This document shows, piece after piece, positions 24,401-37,593 of a stretch of 64,000 nucleotides of DNA. Source of the stretch: Trichoplax sp. H2. Its lineage: Eukaryota. Location of the stretch: NCBI GenBank assembly GCA_003344405.1, contig NOWV01000031.1, forward strand, positions 248,001 through 312,000. The letters are read 5' to 3'. The position numbers were made by a program, and so were the translations under genes. The notes under the pieces were generated by a model. The model was not told the DNA's origin. It did no database searches and worked only from the letters and a program-made list of their open reading frames with translations. How positions within the stretch are numbered: the first letter of the stretch is position 1; every line of letters starts with the position of its first letter.

Positions 24401-27400
24401 ACCAATCTCCTCAGGCCTAGAAAAATTTTTGTAAAAATTGAAATTATTTAGCATATCATCAGCCAATTGTATCCTATGCGACCGCGTATAAAAAAATAAA
24501 AGATCTAGAGTAATTTCATAACTGAAAACCAAAAAAGAAATAGCGCTATCGATCGACGCAAAATGTGACGGAATAAATTAGTGCGATTCTACTCTGATAT
24601 TTAATAACTGAAATAGGAGAAGAGAAAACAGAACAAGTCTTCATTGTTATAAATGAATTTCAACTTACGTTAAGAAAGCCAGGGTTTGGCCAGCGATGTT
24701 AAGGTCGCCGGTAGTAATAGAAGAGAAATTCCTAGCGTCCTGAATTGCCATGCAAGTTTTAAACATACCATATAAGATTTTAATTTGACCAATACTCCAA
24801 TCATTGCGAGCAGTTAAAACGGTCAGCGTGTCAATGCAGCCATCAAATGGTAGTTGAGACAAATTAGCATGAGTCATTCCAGTAATTAGGCTACCCATTT
24901 TCCTATTAACCAGGGCAGTAGTGATAATACTTAAAAATGGAAGTCTCAACATTTCGTTACTGATATACTCAGATTAGGAGATCCAAATAGGAATATTAAT
25001 TATCAATGCCGCTGAGTTTTTAAGAGAGTAATTGGATATCGGTATGAAGACACACTATTGCAAAATGCAAGCTGTTGATGAAGTTTAGTGTGTTTTAAGA
25101 GTAATGAAAAGCATGTTTATTTTCGTTTTTATTATACTGATATTATAAGGTAAAATTAAGGGATAATCGAAAATTGCTGATAAGTATCATTAACTCATAG
25201 CTAGTGAACCAGCAATATTTTCCTGAATCAAGGTAGTACTATCATATATCTATATTAATCGATATGTTTTATCCTGACCTTATATTTTCAAAACCATAAT
25301 TGCTGCTACTTGTGTTTTGGATATCACCATACTGAACCAAATACAAGTTGATCAATTTTAAAGCCTGTGAATACCACGAGAGGTAAATCCAGTTAAATCA
25401 GATAATATCAAGTATATGGAGAGAAAATAGAATACTCACTTGGCCCTTTGACCACTTAGGCTGATTTTCACCAGTAACATTTAAATCGTCAAAAGTGATG
25501 TCACTTAAATTTCTGAACGGAATATCTTGTACTAATTCGCTGATGTTAACCAAAATAGTTCGGAAATCGCTACCCAACTGGTAGTTGAAATAAGAAATTG
25601 ATTGATTGATGAATGTATTAAAACTTATAGAGGTCATGTTGTACATTGTACAATTTAGGTACTGCAGCTTGAAATTTCAAAGATTGTAGCTAACATTTCA
25701 AATTACGGTACAACCTTGTATATGCTACTGATAGTCTTGATTAACGCGTCATAATTACAAGATAATTTAGTAGAAGAAGACATTTTAAAAATGTTCTAAT
25801 ACGTAAACTTACTTTTTGGATAATTTTACGACGTGTAATCTTGCGTAGATTTTTAGCGTGAGCTTTGAAAGTGGATATCGAATCTTTAATTGTATTTTTG
25901 CTCAATTGATCGACATCTGAAGTTGAAAGACCAGTGACTAAGCTGCCTAATTGCTGAACATGGGAAGATGACCATGTTTTGACCTATTAGAGAGAATGGA
26001 TTAGCATCTATCCGATATCTTAAAAATATAACGATATCAAATGATGGCAGTGAGTCTTTCATTATTATACCTTTCCCCATGTCGCTGAAGTAGCTTGTTT
26101 AATGTGATTTAGCAAAATACGTCCCTAACAATAGTAATTTCAGTATCTCGATTTATTGGCATTTATAGATTCTATTCGTCGTTATCATATTAAATAGTTT
26201 CCTTTAACTTACATTCTGCCTATCAAAGTCAATAGTACTCAAGTTAGAAAGAGAGTCCAAAACGGCACTTCGATTTAATTGTAGTAGCGATGATCTCCCG
26301 ATTGATTTTGCGATGCTACCGATGTTACTAAGATCAGCAGCTGACCAATTCTTTGGATTACCATATATTTCGATAGCCCTTTTACCTAAGGCTGCTCTCT
26401 GTTTATTCCATGATCGTAGTTGAAATTGACATATAAAATAATGAAAAGGTTTTTAAATTTCATTTCATAGGGAAAGATTTTAGGATATCGAGTAATACTT
26501 GTTTAAAGCTTACCTGAGCAGCTTTCAACGATTGCTTGCCAAGATCTTTGAATGTTTCCCTTAAAGTACTTTTAGGTAGTTTTTGTAAAGTCGAGAGAGG
26601 TAATGCTTTCCTTAGTACTCCAATTCTGAATTAATGAATAGAAATACGATTTGATGAAGCTCAACACCATTTACATATTGACGTATTTCTCTATAGTGAA
26701 CTGTTTTAGGTTAGAAAATTCTTCAAGTCCGAACTCTTCGATTAGAATACGCAGTAGCTTTCACTTTGTATATTGTTACAGATCGAAAAGGAAATAACAA
26801 GAGTAAGGCAACAATATGATAGTAATCGGCAAATTTTCTACGCTTATTTATGCTGTGCGGTTGAAAAGAGTAAGCAGAGTGACTATTCATAATATCTTAA
26901 CTATTTTATTTCATCTGACGAAATAATTTATAAAATCTTAATGGTAGTTACTAATCGAATATGATAAAGCAAGAGCACGGCAATATTGGAATGAAAATCG
27001 GTAGTTTGCCTTTGCCTATTAGTGCTATATACTTATTCAGGAATATTTTAACTGCAAGACTCCTAATAGCACAGCATAGATGAAAAATTGAGATAGATAC
27101 AAAATAGCGTTTGCAAAGTTGTCTACTTACTGCTTCATAACGGTCATATTCCATGTTTTAGGACTACCCCATACTGTAGTCAATTTGTTAAGGATAATAT
27201 GAGCAACTTCGCGAGGTAAATTAGCTCCAACGCCTGGTGTTTTGAAATAGGTTTTAACAAACGCTGCAACCTAATCGTATTAAATGGAATAAAACCTTAT
27301 TGTTTTTTAATCATTTCACGTTAATTTATTATTGGTGAGATACCAGTTTATGATTAAGATATGAATGGTAGCCTCTAAAGTATGTATTAGTGGATGACGC

Positions 27401-30400
27401 CAAAGAAATAATTCCTTTAAGCAACAGCAATTACATTAAACCCAATGATACAGCTAAATGATTATAACAGATTGGTTTTATTAACAGCGACATTATTCTG
27501 GATAGGGATTATATATTTATTAAACTACCCGTATAGCCAGAAATTTTATCCTAATAAAGCGTTACATATTGGCTAATCGTTTAACTAGAATTAGATTAGA
27601 GGATGCTACCTACATAAGAAGGTGTTAACTGCTTGATATATTTCATGTCCATGTAGGGCAATAAGATATAAGAATGGAATTGTGATTGTGACGATGGAGA
27701 AATTGTCCACTTATTAGGTTTACCGAAGGCGCGTACTGAAGCTTGAATAATTGCAATCCGCTGTCCTTTATCAGCTTTGTGCAACATTTCTGCTACAGCT
27801 CGAGCGCTAGTTCATTTTTTAATAAATAATTTTCCTTGTATTAGTATGGTGAATAATCAATTTCTTTTTATACAGAAAAATAAAGGTCTTAAGTTATTTG
27901 GGTTTAAGTAGGGCGCGAGCATAGGACTAAAGTAAACTTACTGTTCTGGAGATTTCAAAACATTTTTCCAAATTAAAGATGGAAGCTTTACAAAATCTTG
28001 AGGCGAGAAACCATTAATAATGCGAGGCAATTGCAATTTACTCAATAACCCTGCATTCCATGTATTTACTGATCCAAAGTGAGCTTTTGTAGCTGCAATA
28101 ATGGCTGCAGAATAATCCTTCGGTATTCCTTTATTCTTATTTGTGAACATAATCTAAACAGTAAACGATTTAATAAGTGCACAATGAAGTATTGCGCTTC
28201 TAATTCTGCGAATCAAAATCAGAATCTAAGATTAAAAAATTCTATTTTTCTATTGACTTAATCGTGCATTCATGGAATCTGATCAACTAGCTATTTTTTC
28301 AACATTCTCTTAATGCACTATCATGGAATTGCAACTGACATGTAAAGTATCGTAAAAAAGTTATTATAATTGTAAAGTAAAATTAGATGAGTATGTAATA
28401 TATAATAATAATGTGTAAATCGTTCTATAACTCCTAATATGGATGCGGAAAATTTTATTATGTGCAATAGTGTAGCTAAATCTTTGCATTATTAATTATA
28501 CTGTAGCTAGTGAAGTTAGCCTATCATGATAGCATGTTGTGTTATTGGTGAAAGTATAAAAGCCCAACTAGTGCAATAGAAAGAATAAGTAGACAAGATA
28601 CTCTCAGGGTAAGCGTCGTATAAAATAATAATATAGATGCGTAACAGCGACATTATGGTAGCTCAAATTAAATATTTCTTACCATTGCTTGTTTAACCAT
28701 GTCTTGAAAAAATTGACTAGAGGCCATCTTGAGGAAATGAGCTAACACCGTTGACTGCCCACGAAAGAGTTTACTGGTGATAACTTCAATCGATGTGTTG
28801 GGAAATTTTTGAACAACTTCAGGCTAAAGTTGATATTATTTTAAAAAGATATGAGATTGATGCTAAGGTACAAAGATGCAGAAACTAAAAGTTGTAGAGA
28901 ACCAGGCAAATATTTACTTTTAAAATGCGAAAAATTTCGGTCGGGATCTTTGCAAATTCTCGAAGTGTTAAATTTTTAGTGCTATTTGCATCAGTCAGTT
29001 TTTGCAAGATTGTCGATGGCAACTTTTTCAGCATGGCTTTCATTCGCCTATAAAAGCATTGATAAGATAAATTTCAAAACTGGACTTTAATAAGATTTTA
29101 AATCAATACGGAATTTTCTTCTTGTATAGAGATTATCTCTAAATTGCCGGTATTGGCATATTACATTTTTGCATGTTGTTCTAATTTTGCGTCCCTGGAA
29201 CCTGGTGGAGGACGTTGTCCAGGTTTGTGAAATTGAAAGCCATTAAAAGGATTGGATGCATTATACTGAAAGGAGCTGTTGCTCTTGTTGGGATTTGGTT
29301 TGCCAGCTTCGAATAATAAAGAAGTTTGCGCTGATAAATACAAGTAATTTAACGTATTTCTCGATTAATACGAATGATTGAAATTATGCCTGAACTTACT
29401 TGGTGGCTTGGAACTGCCTGAAGCTAAATAAATGGCCATTGAAATAAAAAATATATCATAATTAGAATAGAATCTTCGGCAGAATTTTTTATTAAAGATC
29501 AAGCGTAAGATGATTTAAGGAAAAGCTAAATGCTCCATTTTTTTATTGTTTAGACTGTGGCTAGATATAGAATGTGCTATTTTAAAGAATTAAATAACTA
29601 AATTGTGAACAGATATCGTCCTATAGAATCTAATTTGAAATTATTATTCTGAAATTATTACTGGTAATTTGCGATAAATGGTAAAATATTGAATCTATCT
29701 TAGTAATAGATTAGCTATTTCCAACAGTTTTAGTTACTTAGAAGTGCACGACACATTGAATAACAGGGAACAGAGTGCTGTAAAACTCATTATTATTAAA
29801 CAATTGTCTATTAAATTTTTAACATAATTCCTAAATTAAAATGAGGATAGCAGCATGCTAAACAGTAAATGATGAAATGTTTATCTACTATAGCACAAAA
29901 CATCAAAGGCCCAATTTCTGAGTTATTGAAACTCAATTTCTATTTTCTGAGCCGTAGTTAATGAAATCCATTAATTATTACTATTAGAAAATAAACGGTT
30001 TCTTTTATTAGTCTTGGTTGGTTTCTTTATTGGTCTTATTTAATTGAGTATTGAAATCGGTAATTCACTCTAAGTCTATATTTACCAAAGTCAGAGATAG
30101 ATGAATACGAGAAGACTAATCCAGTTAGCGAGTTGCCTTTAATCTAGCTTAATGCCTGTATCAATAAATTCTTTAATTCGATCCCTATCATTTCATTACT
30201 ACCTGTTTCTGAAGAATACTATTTGCAGACTGTCTAGTCTTGTTTTAGGGTACTACTCCATTTAGTAAAAAACAGTTACAGGTGGAATATTTTAGTAGCA
30301 CAGATAATNNNNNNNNNNNNNNNNNNNNTGCTCCATTTTTTTATTGTTTAGACTGTGGCTAGATATAGAATGTGCTATTTTAAAGAATTAAATAACTAAA

Positions 30401-33400
30401 TTGTGAACAGATATCGTCCTATAGAATCTAATTTGAAATTATTATTCTGAAATTATTACTGGTAATTTGCGATAAATGGTAAAATATTGAATCTATCTTA
30501 GTAATAGATTAGCTATTTCCTGTAATAATATCTTCTTTAAGTAGCGTAAAGTATTTTAAGGTAGACGATGATAGAAGGTATAAAGGATTTTATTGAGATA
30601 CAAGTTACAGGCTAACAATGATATGATTGTTATAGATAAGGTATTTGAGATAGCAGGAATGTAGGAACTGACTAACGAGTTAGCGTACAAGGGTATTTAT
30701 AGGTTTTAGATGGGATTGAGATAATGTCTTTATATGTATAGCATGTCGTCTATATGTAGTCATGATGTCGTACATTATGAATGTAATACTGTACAATACA
30801 GTACTTAAACGGTATATGATAAGTATTCGTATATTAGGATATTACTATACTAGGCATCTTCTATATAAGATCATAATGTTACATTTCCAACAGTTTTAGT
30901 TACTTAGAAGTGCACGACACATTGGATAACAGGAAACAGAGTGCTGTAAAACTCATTATTATTAAACAATTGTCTATTAAATTTTTAACTTAATTCCTAA
31001 ATTAAAATGAGGATAGCAGCATGCTAAACAGTAAATGATGAAATGTTTATCTACTATAGCACAAAACATCAAAGGCCCAATTTCTGAGTTATTGAAACTC
31101 AATTTCTATTTTCTGAGCCGTAGTTAATGAAATCCATTAATTATTACTATTAGAAAATAAACGGTTTCTTTTATTAGTCTTGGTTGGTTTCTTTATTGGT
31201 CTTATTTAATTGAGTATTGAAATCGGTAATTCACTCTAAGTCTATATTTACCAAAGTCAGAGATAGATGAATACGAGAAGACTAATCCAGTTAGCGAGTT
31301 GCCTTTAATCTAGCTTAATGCCTGTATCAATAAATTCTTTAATTCGATCCCTATCATTTCATTACTACCTGTTTCTGAAGAATACTATTTGCAGACTGTC
31401 TAGTCTTGTTTTAGGGTACTACTCCATTTAGTAAAAAACAGTTACAGGTGGAATATTTTAGTAGCACAGATAATATTGATCCTTGTCTACAGTTTGATAG
31501 CTATCTCTTATCAGATCATAATCTGGATATTATTTCTATTTTGGACTTTCTCGTTCTTCCTAAATGGATGAGATATCGCACTAAACGATAATTACAGAAG
31601 GAATAGCGATGATGAATCATCTTGAGGCGCACCAATTCCGAAATAGCCTCTAAAACTGATTGCCTTTAGTATAGCTTAATTTTAATAAAGGTGCGGTATT
31701 CTAATATGAAATGACGTAAAGTCCAAAAGTTTGCGGTACAGTATTACAATTAACCATATACTTTTTTAATGCTCTTACTCAAGTTTTATCCTACTTTGAA
31801 GTGTAATATTCCCATATTTAATAACTCTACGAGTTAAAAGATTTTCTTGTATAATATAACAAATTCGTAAGACTCATATGATTTCAATATCTTGTTTCAA
31901 TTTTTATCCTAAATAGAGTTGCAATAATCCAATAGTAAATCATGCCATGAGTTTACTAATTTTCTTTACTCTATAGTATAATAATCAACTAGCAATATCC
32001 TTTCTAATCTCTTACTCAAGTTTCGATTCAAATTATAAGCGTTCCATACTGAATGATATTGCTGGTGTGAAAATCTTCGTATCAGTATCAAAAGCGAGCA
32101 ATACTTGTCGCTAATCATTTAATTGAGTTATTAACTATATAAGGACAACATTATTTCAATATAAATCGATGTTACAAGTCCACTAGTTTTCAATGCAATA
32201 TAATACCCGTAGGTGAGTTTTAACCTTTGCTAATTTCTTACTCCAATTTTAATCTATATTTAAAGTGTGGTTCTCATGGATAATGATATTGCGAGTCGAA
32301 CTCATTCGTACAATACAAAAGTGCTTGTAATCCTGTTTTCAAACTTTTTATTGTAATTAGAACAGTGGCATTGTAGCTCGATATAAAAATGATGTTGAGT
32401 CAAAATATTTTTAACGCAGGCAGTAACAGCGTATCTACTTACTTAATTTACCCAAATTAGCACTATAATTTTGTAATAGATAGGAGTTATATGTCGTAAA
32501 GGTTTTGATATGTCGTATAATGCCTCTGTAAATGACTCAATTACTTATTCAACACTTCATAAGAACTATAACACGGAAATGAATAAAGAAACAGTTTTCA
32601 TACAGTATCTGTAAATATAGCTAATTTACTAAAACTCTTAACTATTAGATAAAGATCTAGTGAATATATTCCCATATCATTGCTACTTTATTAAATCATT
32701 TAATAGTCAAGTATAGTAGATCTAGATAGTTAGGAAAATTTCTTTGTTTATTGTATACTTCAAACGACATAGGTAATGATACCAATGTTCTTGGAAGTTC
32801 TTATGACACGCATATTTTGAAATAAGATTTGCGTTGTACTCAAACAAAAGTAATCAAACTAAAGAATAGATATTTATTAGCTTATCTATTTTATTCCATT
32901 CTCAATTTTCAGCATACAAACAGAAAATATATCCCTTGACTACCTTTGTTCGATTTAAGTCGATATTAAACAGTATCTACCTCAGACTAATAGTCAATGA
33001 GGATGCTGTAATATATCTTGTTGTAACCTTCATAATAGCTATCATGGTATAGTTAGTTATTATTGAAACCTGATAGAACAACAGATAGAAATGTTATCAT
33101 GCACTCATTCTATAGTTCTATATCGTAGAAAGTAGAAGATTAATATAACGTTTCAACCACTAAGTCTTCATTGTTAAAAATAAGCGATAAAGTTTCCAAA
33201 AAACCAGTCCTCTCTCGTTATGTGTTTCTATTCTCCTATAGTGTTATTATTTAGAATTACGAATTATATACAATATTTACGTGCTAGATTGTTAAAATTA
33301 TACCGCGTTTCTATATAGACTACAGACCTTGAAAAATTTCATGTATTGATTTAATGGAACTGTATAAAGTACAATGAAGGATAGATGTCTACCATGAAGG

Positions 33401-34997
33401 ACATTATTGTGCAAAACGGCATCAATTGCCGGTACTAGAAAAATTTAAGAAGTCTTGATATCGTTAAAAAAGAAATTATAGTAATTATTATTTAAATTAA
33501 ATTTATCATGATGAAAATGTTACGCCTACTAATGCGGCCATTGTTAAATGAAATTTTCTAATTCTGTTATAAGCCATTAGCTAGATTGTCTCCATCGTAA
33601 AATCATGAAGCCACGGGAGAGTCGTACGATATTTAAAGTATGTTTTGAAAATTTCCAAATTCAAGATTACTTGTAGTAATACAATTACCTGTAACTAAGT
33701 TATATCGCACTTAATAAAGTGGCGCTATATTATTAGTGGTAGCCGATAATTTTAAGCATTCAAAAATGTGTAAATTTTAATAAAATAAAAAAATGTACCT
33801 ATGAAAAAGTTACTGAATGCATTATAGGATGATCTGATGATTGTACTGTTTAACTTAGCTATATAGCAGACAAGGTTAATTCAAGAATAAATATTTTCAT
33901 TCTATGCCTTTATTTTAACCCAATCCATTATACCCATTCAGCAGACTCAATTTATCGTAGGGGTTATTACTTTAGATAATCAATTCTTCTTCATCTATAA
34001 GATGTGTTAACGACCTTTACGGATAAAATTGCAAGCTTGACCAAGTATTAGTGTCGATTGAATTACCGTTAGAATATCTTAACGGCTACGGTGAGAAAAC
34101 TGTTTAATCTAGGATTATTTATAGAACTAGAATTAGGATAAGAATAGTTCGAAGGCTGAAAGATCAAGCAATGGATGGAAGAGCCCATAATAACCCCAAA
34201 ATAATTTTCATTTCGTTCTATATCGCAGACTTAGCTTAATCTATTGTATCGCTTGATGGGTTGCACTTAATGTAAGCGTATATTGCGTAAACTGATTTAT
34301 TTCTTTTCTTACAAGATCATCAGTATTATAAAAGAGCCCAAGAAAAGCAATAGTTATTATAAAATTCTCTACCCTAATTTAGCCTAATCTATCGCACTGA
34401 CTTGACAGATAGTACTAAGTATACATTAGTACCTATTGCGTCAACTGCTCTATTCCATTTTTGGAATGAAATATGTTTACGAAATCCAAGATTGTTGATA
34501 GGAATAGAATCAGCTAAGAATGATTACGTGACAAGAAAGGTTAAACCTCGTTATGGAAGAGTTCAAGATAACTCAAGATAATGTTTTTGGTTTGTTGTTT
34601 GTTCCAACAGTAGATCAATTTATTCCATTAATTTAATGAATTGTATTTACTAAAAGCCGACTCATATATTGCACTTCAGTGATCAATTCCTTGCCTCATA
34701 TGTTATTTTCATGATCCCACAAAATAAAAATAGGTGGTTCATCAAGCACAAGACTTTATTGCTATTTCTATTAGAGTAGCTATTGGATTTTAGCTTATAA
34801 AATTGATCGAAAGTGTTGCTGAGAATAATTTGCGATTAAATCATTACTATTGAAATAAAATAAAATATCACCCCTATTCATTTTACCAGTGATATCATTT
34901 CTGCCTAATTTTTTTAGGAAATATTAATGACAAACTTACCTATTCCCTGTAGTACGCAGAGAAGAATTATTAAAGCTAAAAACGAGTATTGCTTCAT
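21481..34997 (-). CDS. Otoancorin/stereocilin/mesothelin-superfamily secreted GPI-anchored protein, paralog B (~25 exons, ~1,200 aa)
   Basis: Exon 1 (34940-34997) MKQYSFLALIILLCVLQGI; 24-nt microexon at 29400-29423; then exon-for-exon collinearity with paralog A (e.g. RKMGSLITGMTHANLSQLPFDGCIDTLTVLTARNDWSIGQIK). Last exon 21481-21551 reads SAATTIRAGLSLVICVVFAMGSL*, a GPI-signal-like tail. Confidence 0.8.
29531..31474. repeat. Near-identical direct duplication (29531-30308 vs 30329-31474) on either side of the N-gap at 30309-30328; probably two haplotypes
   Basis: Both copies start TGCTCCATTTTTTTATTG and end GTAGCACAGATAAT. The length difference of 368 bp equals a 363-bp insert plus a 5-bp target duplication. 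Confidence 0.9.
30521..30883 (-). mobile_element. Solo LTR of an LTR retrotransposon (363 bp) in intron 1 of paralog B
   Basis: Starts TGTAA and ends TTACA (TG...CA with short terminal inverted repeat). Flanked by TTTCC at 30516-30520 and 30884-30888; the empty site in the other copy (~29718-29722) has a single TTTCC. On the minus strand a TATA-like CTATAAATA (~30694-30702) is followed by AATAAA (~30588-30593). Confidence 0.85.
31770..32300. repeat. Degenerate tandem repeat, period about 230-240 bp
   Basis: TCTTACTCAAGTTT / TCTTACTCAAGTTT / TCTTACTCCAATTT anchors at ~31773, ~32010 and ~32236, each followed by similar sequence (AATGATATTGC in the last two). Confidence 0.45.
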
Positions 34998-35660
34998 GAT
35001 GAAATTATTCTTTCTCTTCTACTTGATGAGTTCTTTTAATCGCCTCAGTTACTGTCTACAAGATGATCGAAAATACTTGTCAGATCAATTTTTTATTTGA
35101 AATCAAGCAGTTCAAAAAGTAGTGCATTACAGACAGGAGGTCAAATAAATCAATAGAAAAAATTTGAACTGATTTATACAAAATGATTTGTATTTCTGTC
35201 AATAGTGTGGCAGACAAGCATTGATTCATGGCTTTTATTGATTCAAGACAGTTCATTCAATCATTAACCTTCGAATAAAAGTATCCATAGTTAGAAATAA
35301 CAACATTAACGATGACGACAACAACGGTAAGTAGGTCATCATAATCGCGAACTAGACAATGATCTGATCGATAGACAGAACAATATCAATTACTCTTGCA
35401 CGCGGCATTCGTATTCACCAGATACGCTGGCTTATTCTTCCTCAAGTATTCTATGTTATGAATCATCTGTAATAGTTGGCTTTGTTAGCATTTGCGACTA
35501 AGTTTTGTATGATGGCGATGATGATGATCAAATACAGACAATAAAGAAGCAAAATATATATATCAATTTTTATTCATACTACAACAGCCTTTAATTTGGT
35601 GGAAAGGATTTCTGAAAGCAAATAACAACAATAACAACAATCAGGACGTTGTTATTCAAT
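34998..35660 (-). promoter_or_regulatory. Conserved 5' flank of paralog B (homologous to 18916-19600)
   Basis: Same collinear blocks as 18916-19600, including an AACAAC/AACAAT-rich tract and AACAATCAG...TTGTTAT. Confidence 0.7.
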
Positions 35661-37593
35661 GGGTTTTTTTGTCGCCTTGAAAGTACAGTCATAAGCAAAC
35701 AATATCATCGAGATCAGGCCATCGAATATTTGTCGAATCAATTCATTCTATTATCATCGATCCTTAAATGATTTTCTTTTCTAATTGACTTTCATTTAAC
35801 CTTAATACTCAAAATGGAGAAGGTAAACTATTCTGAGTTTTAGATCATATGCATGAGCTGTTCTATGATATCCCTATCCGATAATTTGAATGTTAAATCG
35901 AATTTGTTCTGGTGGTCAATACTTTACAGGGAAAATTATGATATATTAGTTTGTTCATTCGAAGTATTTAATGACTAATGGGTACTTTTAAACTTAATCA
36001 ATAGCACAATTTGTATACCATCGACCGGTTACTAAATTACAATTGCGGATCGTCTCTTGCAAAGTTACTCAGCTACAAATTACCCTGTAGCTTTTTCTAA
36101 CTACAAAATAGCAAAGCATCATCATACCTAAAGTGGATGGCAATGTCACAATAAACAGCATATATCAGTTAATAAGTTACTCTACGTTAATATCAGCTTT
36201 AGTGAATGTTTATAGAAGTACAATCAAGATCAAGTACTGATTCATTAGCCCTGATTTAGTGTTTAATTTTCTTGAGCAACCAATAATCGGTCGTTTTATA
36301 TTAAAATTTTTAAGATCAGTTCTGTTTTATTTGCGTCTTTACAAAACAAGGAAATGGCACCGATAAAAGTTAAAGATACCATAATACTTGTCTAGCAATT
36401 TATAGATGGCGTACCTCTTCATAACTACTGAAATACAATTAACTGACGGTAATGATTATATTGTAGTGTCTCTACTATATTATAGACTTTCAACTAGTTA
36501 GTGGCGCTAATGAAAGATCATACTAACCAGATTCTGTGAAAGCGATAATATAGCAGTTGGATTAAAACAGTATTTAAGGAGGTACAATCAAAGTGTGACT
36601 ATTTTATACCGTAGTAATAACCCAACGTTTATAATTTTAGGGTAGCCATAGCAGATACTTGTCGAACATGTCATAAACATACACTAGCAATGGATTAGAT
36701 TCCGTTAATCCATTACTATATGTTACAATAACTCTTCGAATGGACAAGTTGAACGCTTGCAACATCAAGCGGGAACTCAATTTGCAATAAAGCTAATTCA
36801 ATTATCTCGACATTATCAAATTTTTTATTTTACCATCTCCCTACTCACGTACAGCAATGTTGCCACAAAATTATAATGCAATAAACTTGACTATCATGTA
36901 ATTGACTGCAAGAAATTAATATCGTATCAAAGGATTGAATAATACTTCTTCCATCTGCTAGTAAAATGGTAACTATCAGTGATTGACGCTATCAAATATC
37001 GAAACAATATAACGCCACGCTCTTTAGTTGTTATACAATTTACTTGTGCTTGGATGGAGCTACCGGCTAACTAATGTTACATGATGAACAAATATACTAT
37101 TGTTTACAAATTTTTTTAACAGCCACACAAGTAACCCAAGATAACAATAACTTCATAGTAACCATCTAAATCTGGTTATCAGTTGAAAATGGGAAAACGA
37201 CTGTAATCCAGTATCAAATCAACCTCTTTAAAAATACACCATTGAATATCATTCTTATATTACACAACTATGCAACTATTAGTGTATTCTCAACAGTTAT
37301 TCAACTCTACAGGCTATATTTAATTGCCCAAATAACTGCTTCAAGTGTGAAGCTTGAAGGGTTTTCAGTCATCAATACTTTCACTAGGACTACCGTATCA
37401 TTAACTGGTCATTAAGGGTGAATGAATTAATAGGACATGCTACAATTATATTCTCTATTGTTGATTATCACTACATCGTCGAAAACTATTCCACTTAGAA
37501 ACTGAAGAGAGAAGAAATTGATTTTTTGTACTAAAGGAATTATTACTTTAATATATAACTTAATTTCTCTTTGTATCTACTAACAGATTGGAA

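Noticed and set aside
33956..34200. CCATAATAACCCC (~34185) and GGGGTTATTA (~33960) matching part of the MITE arm
   Set aside because: Only 10-13-bp matches, in the wrong relative orientation for element termini and without TA boundaries.
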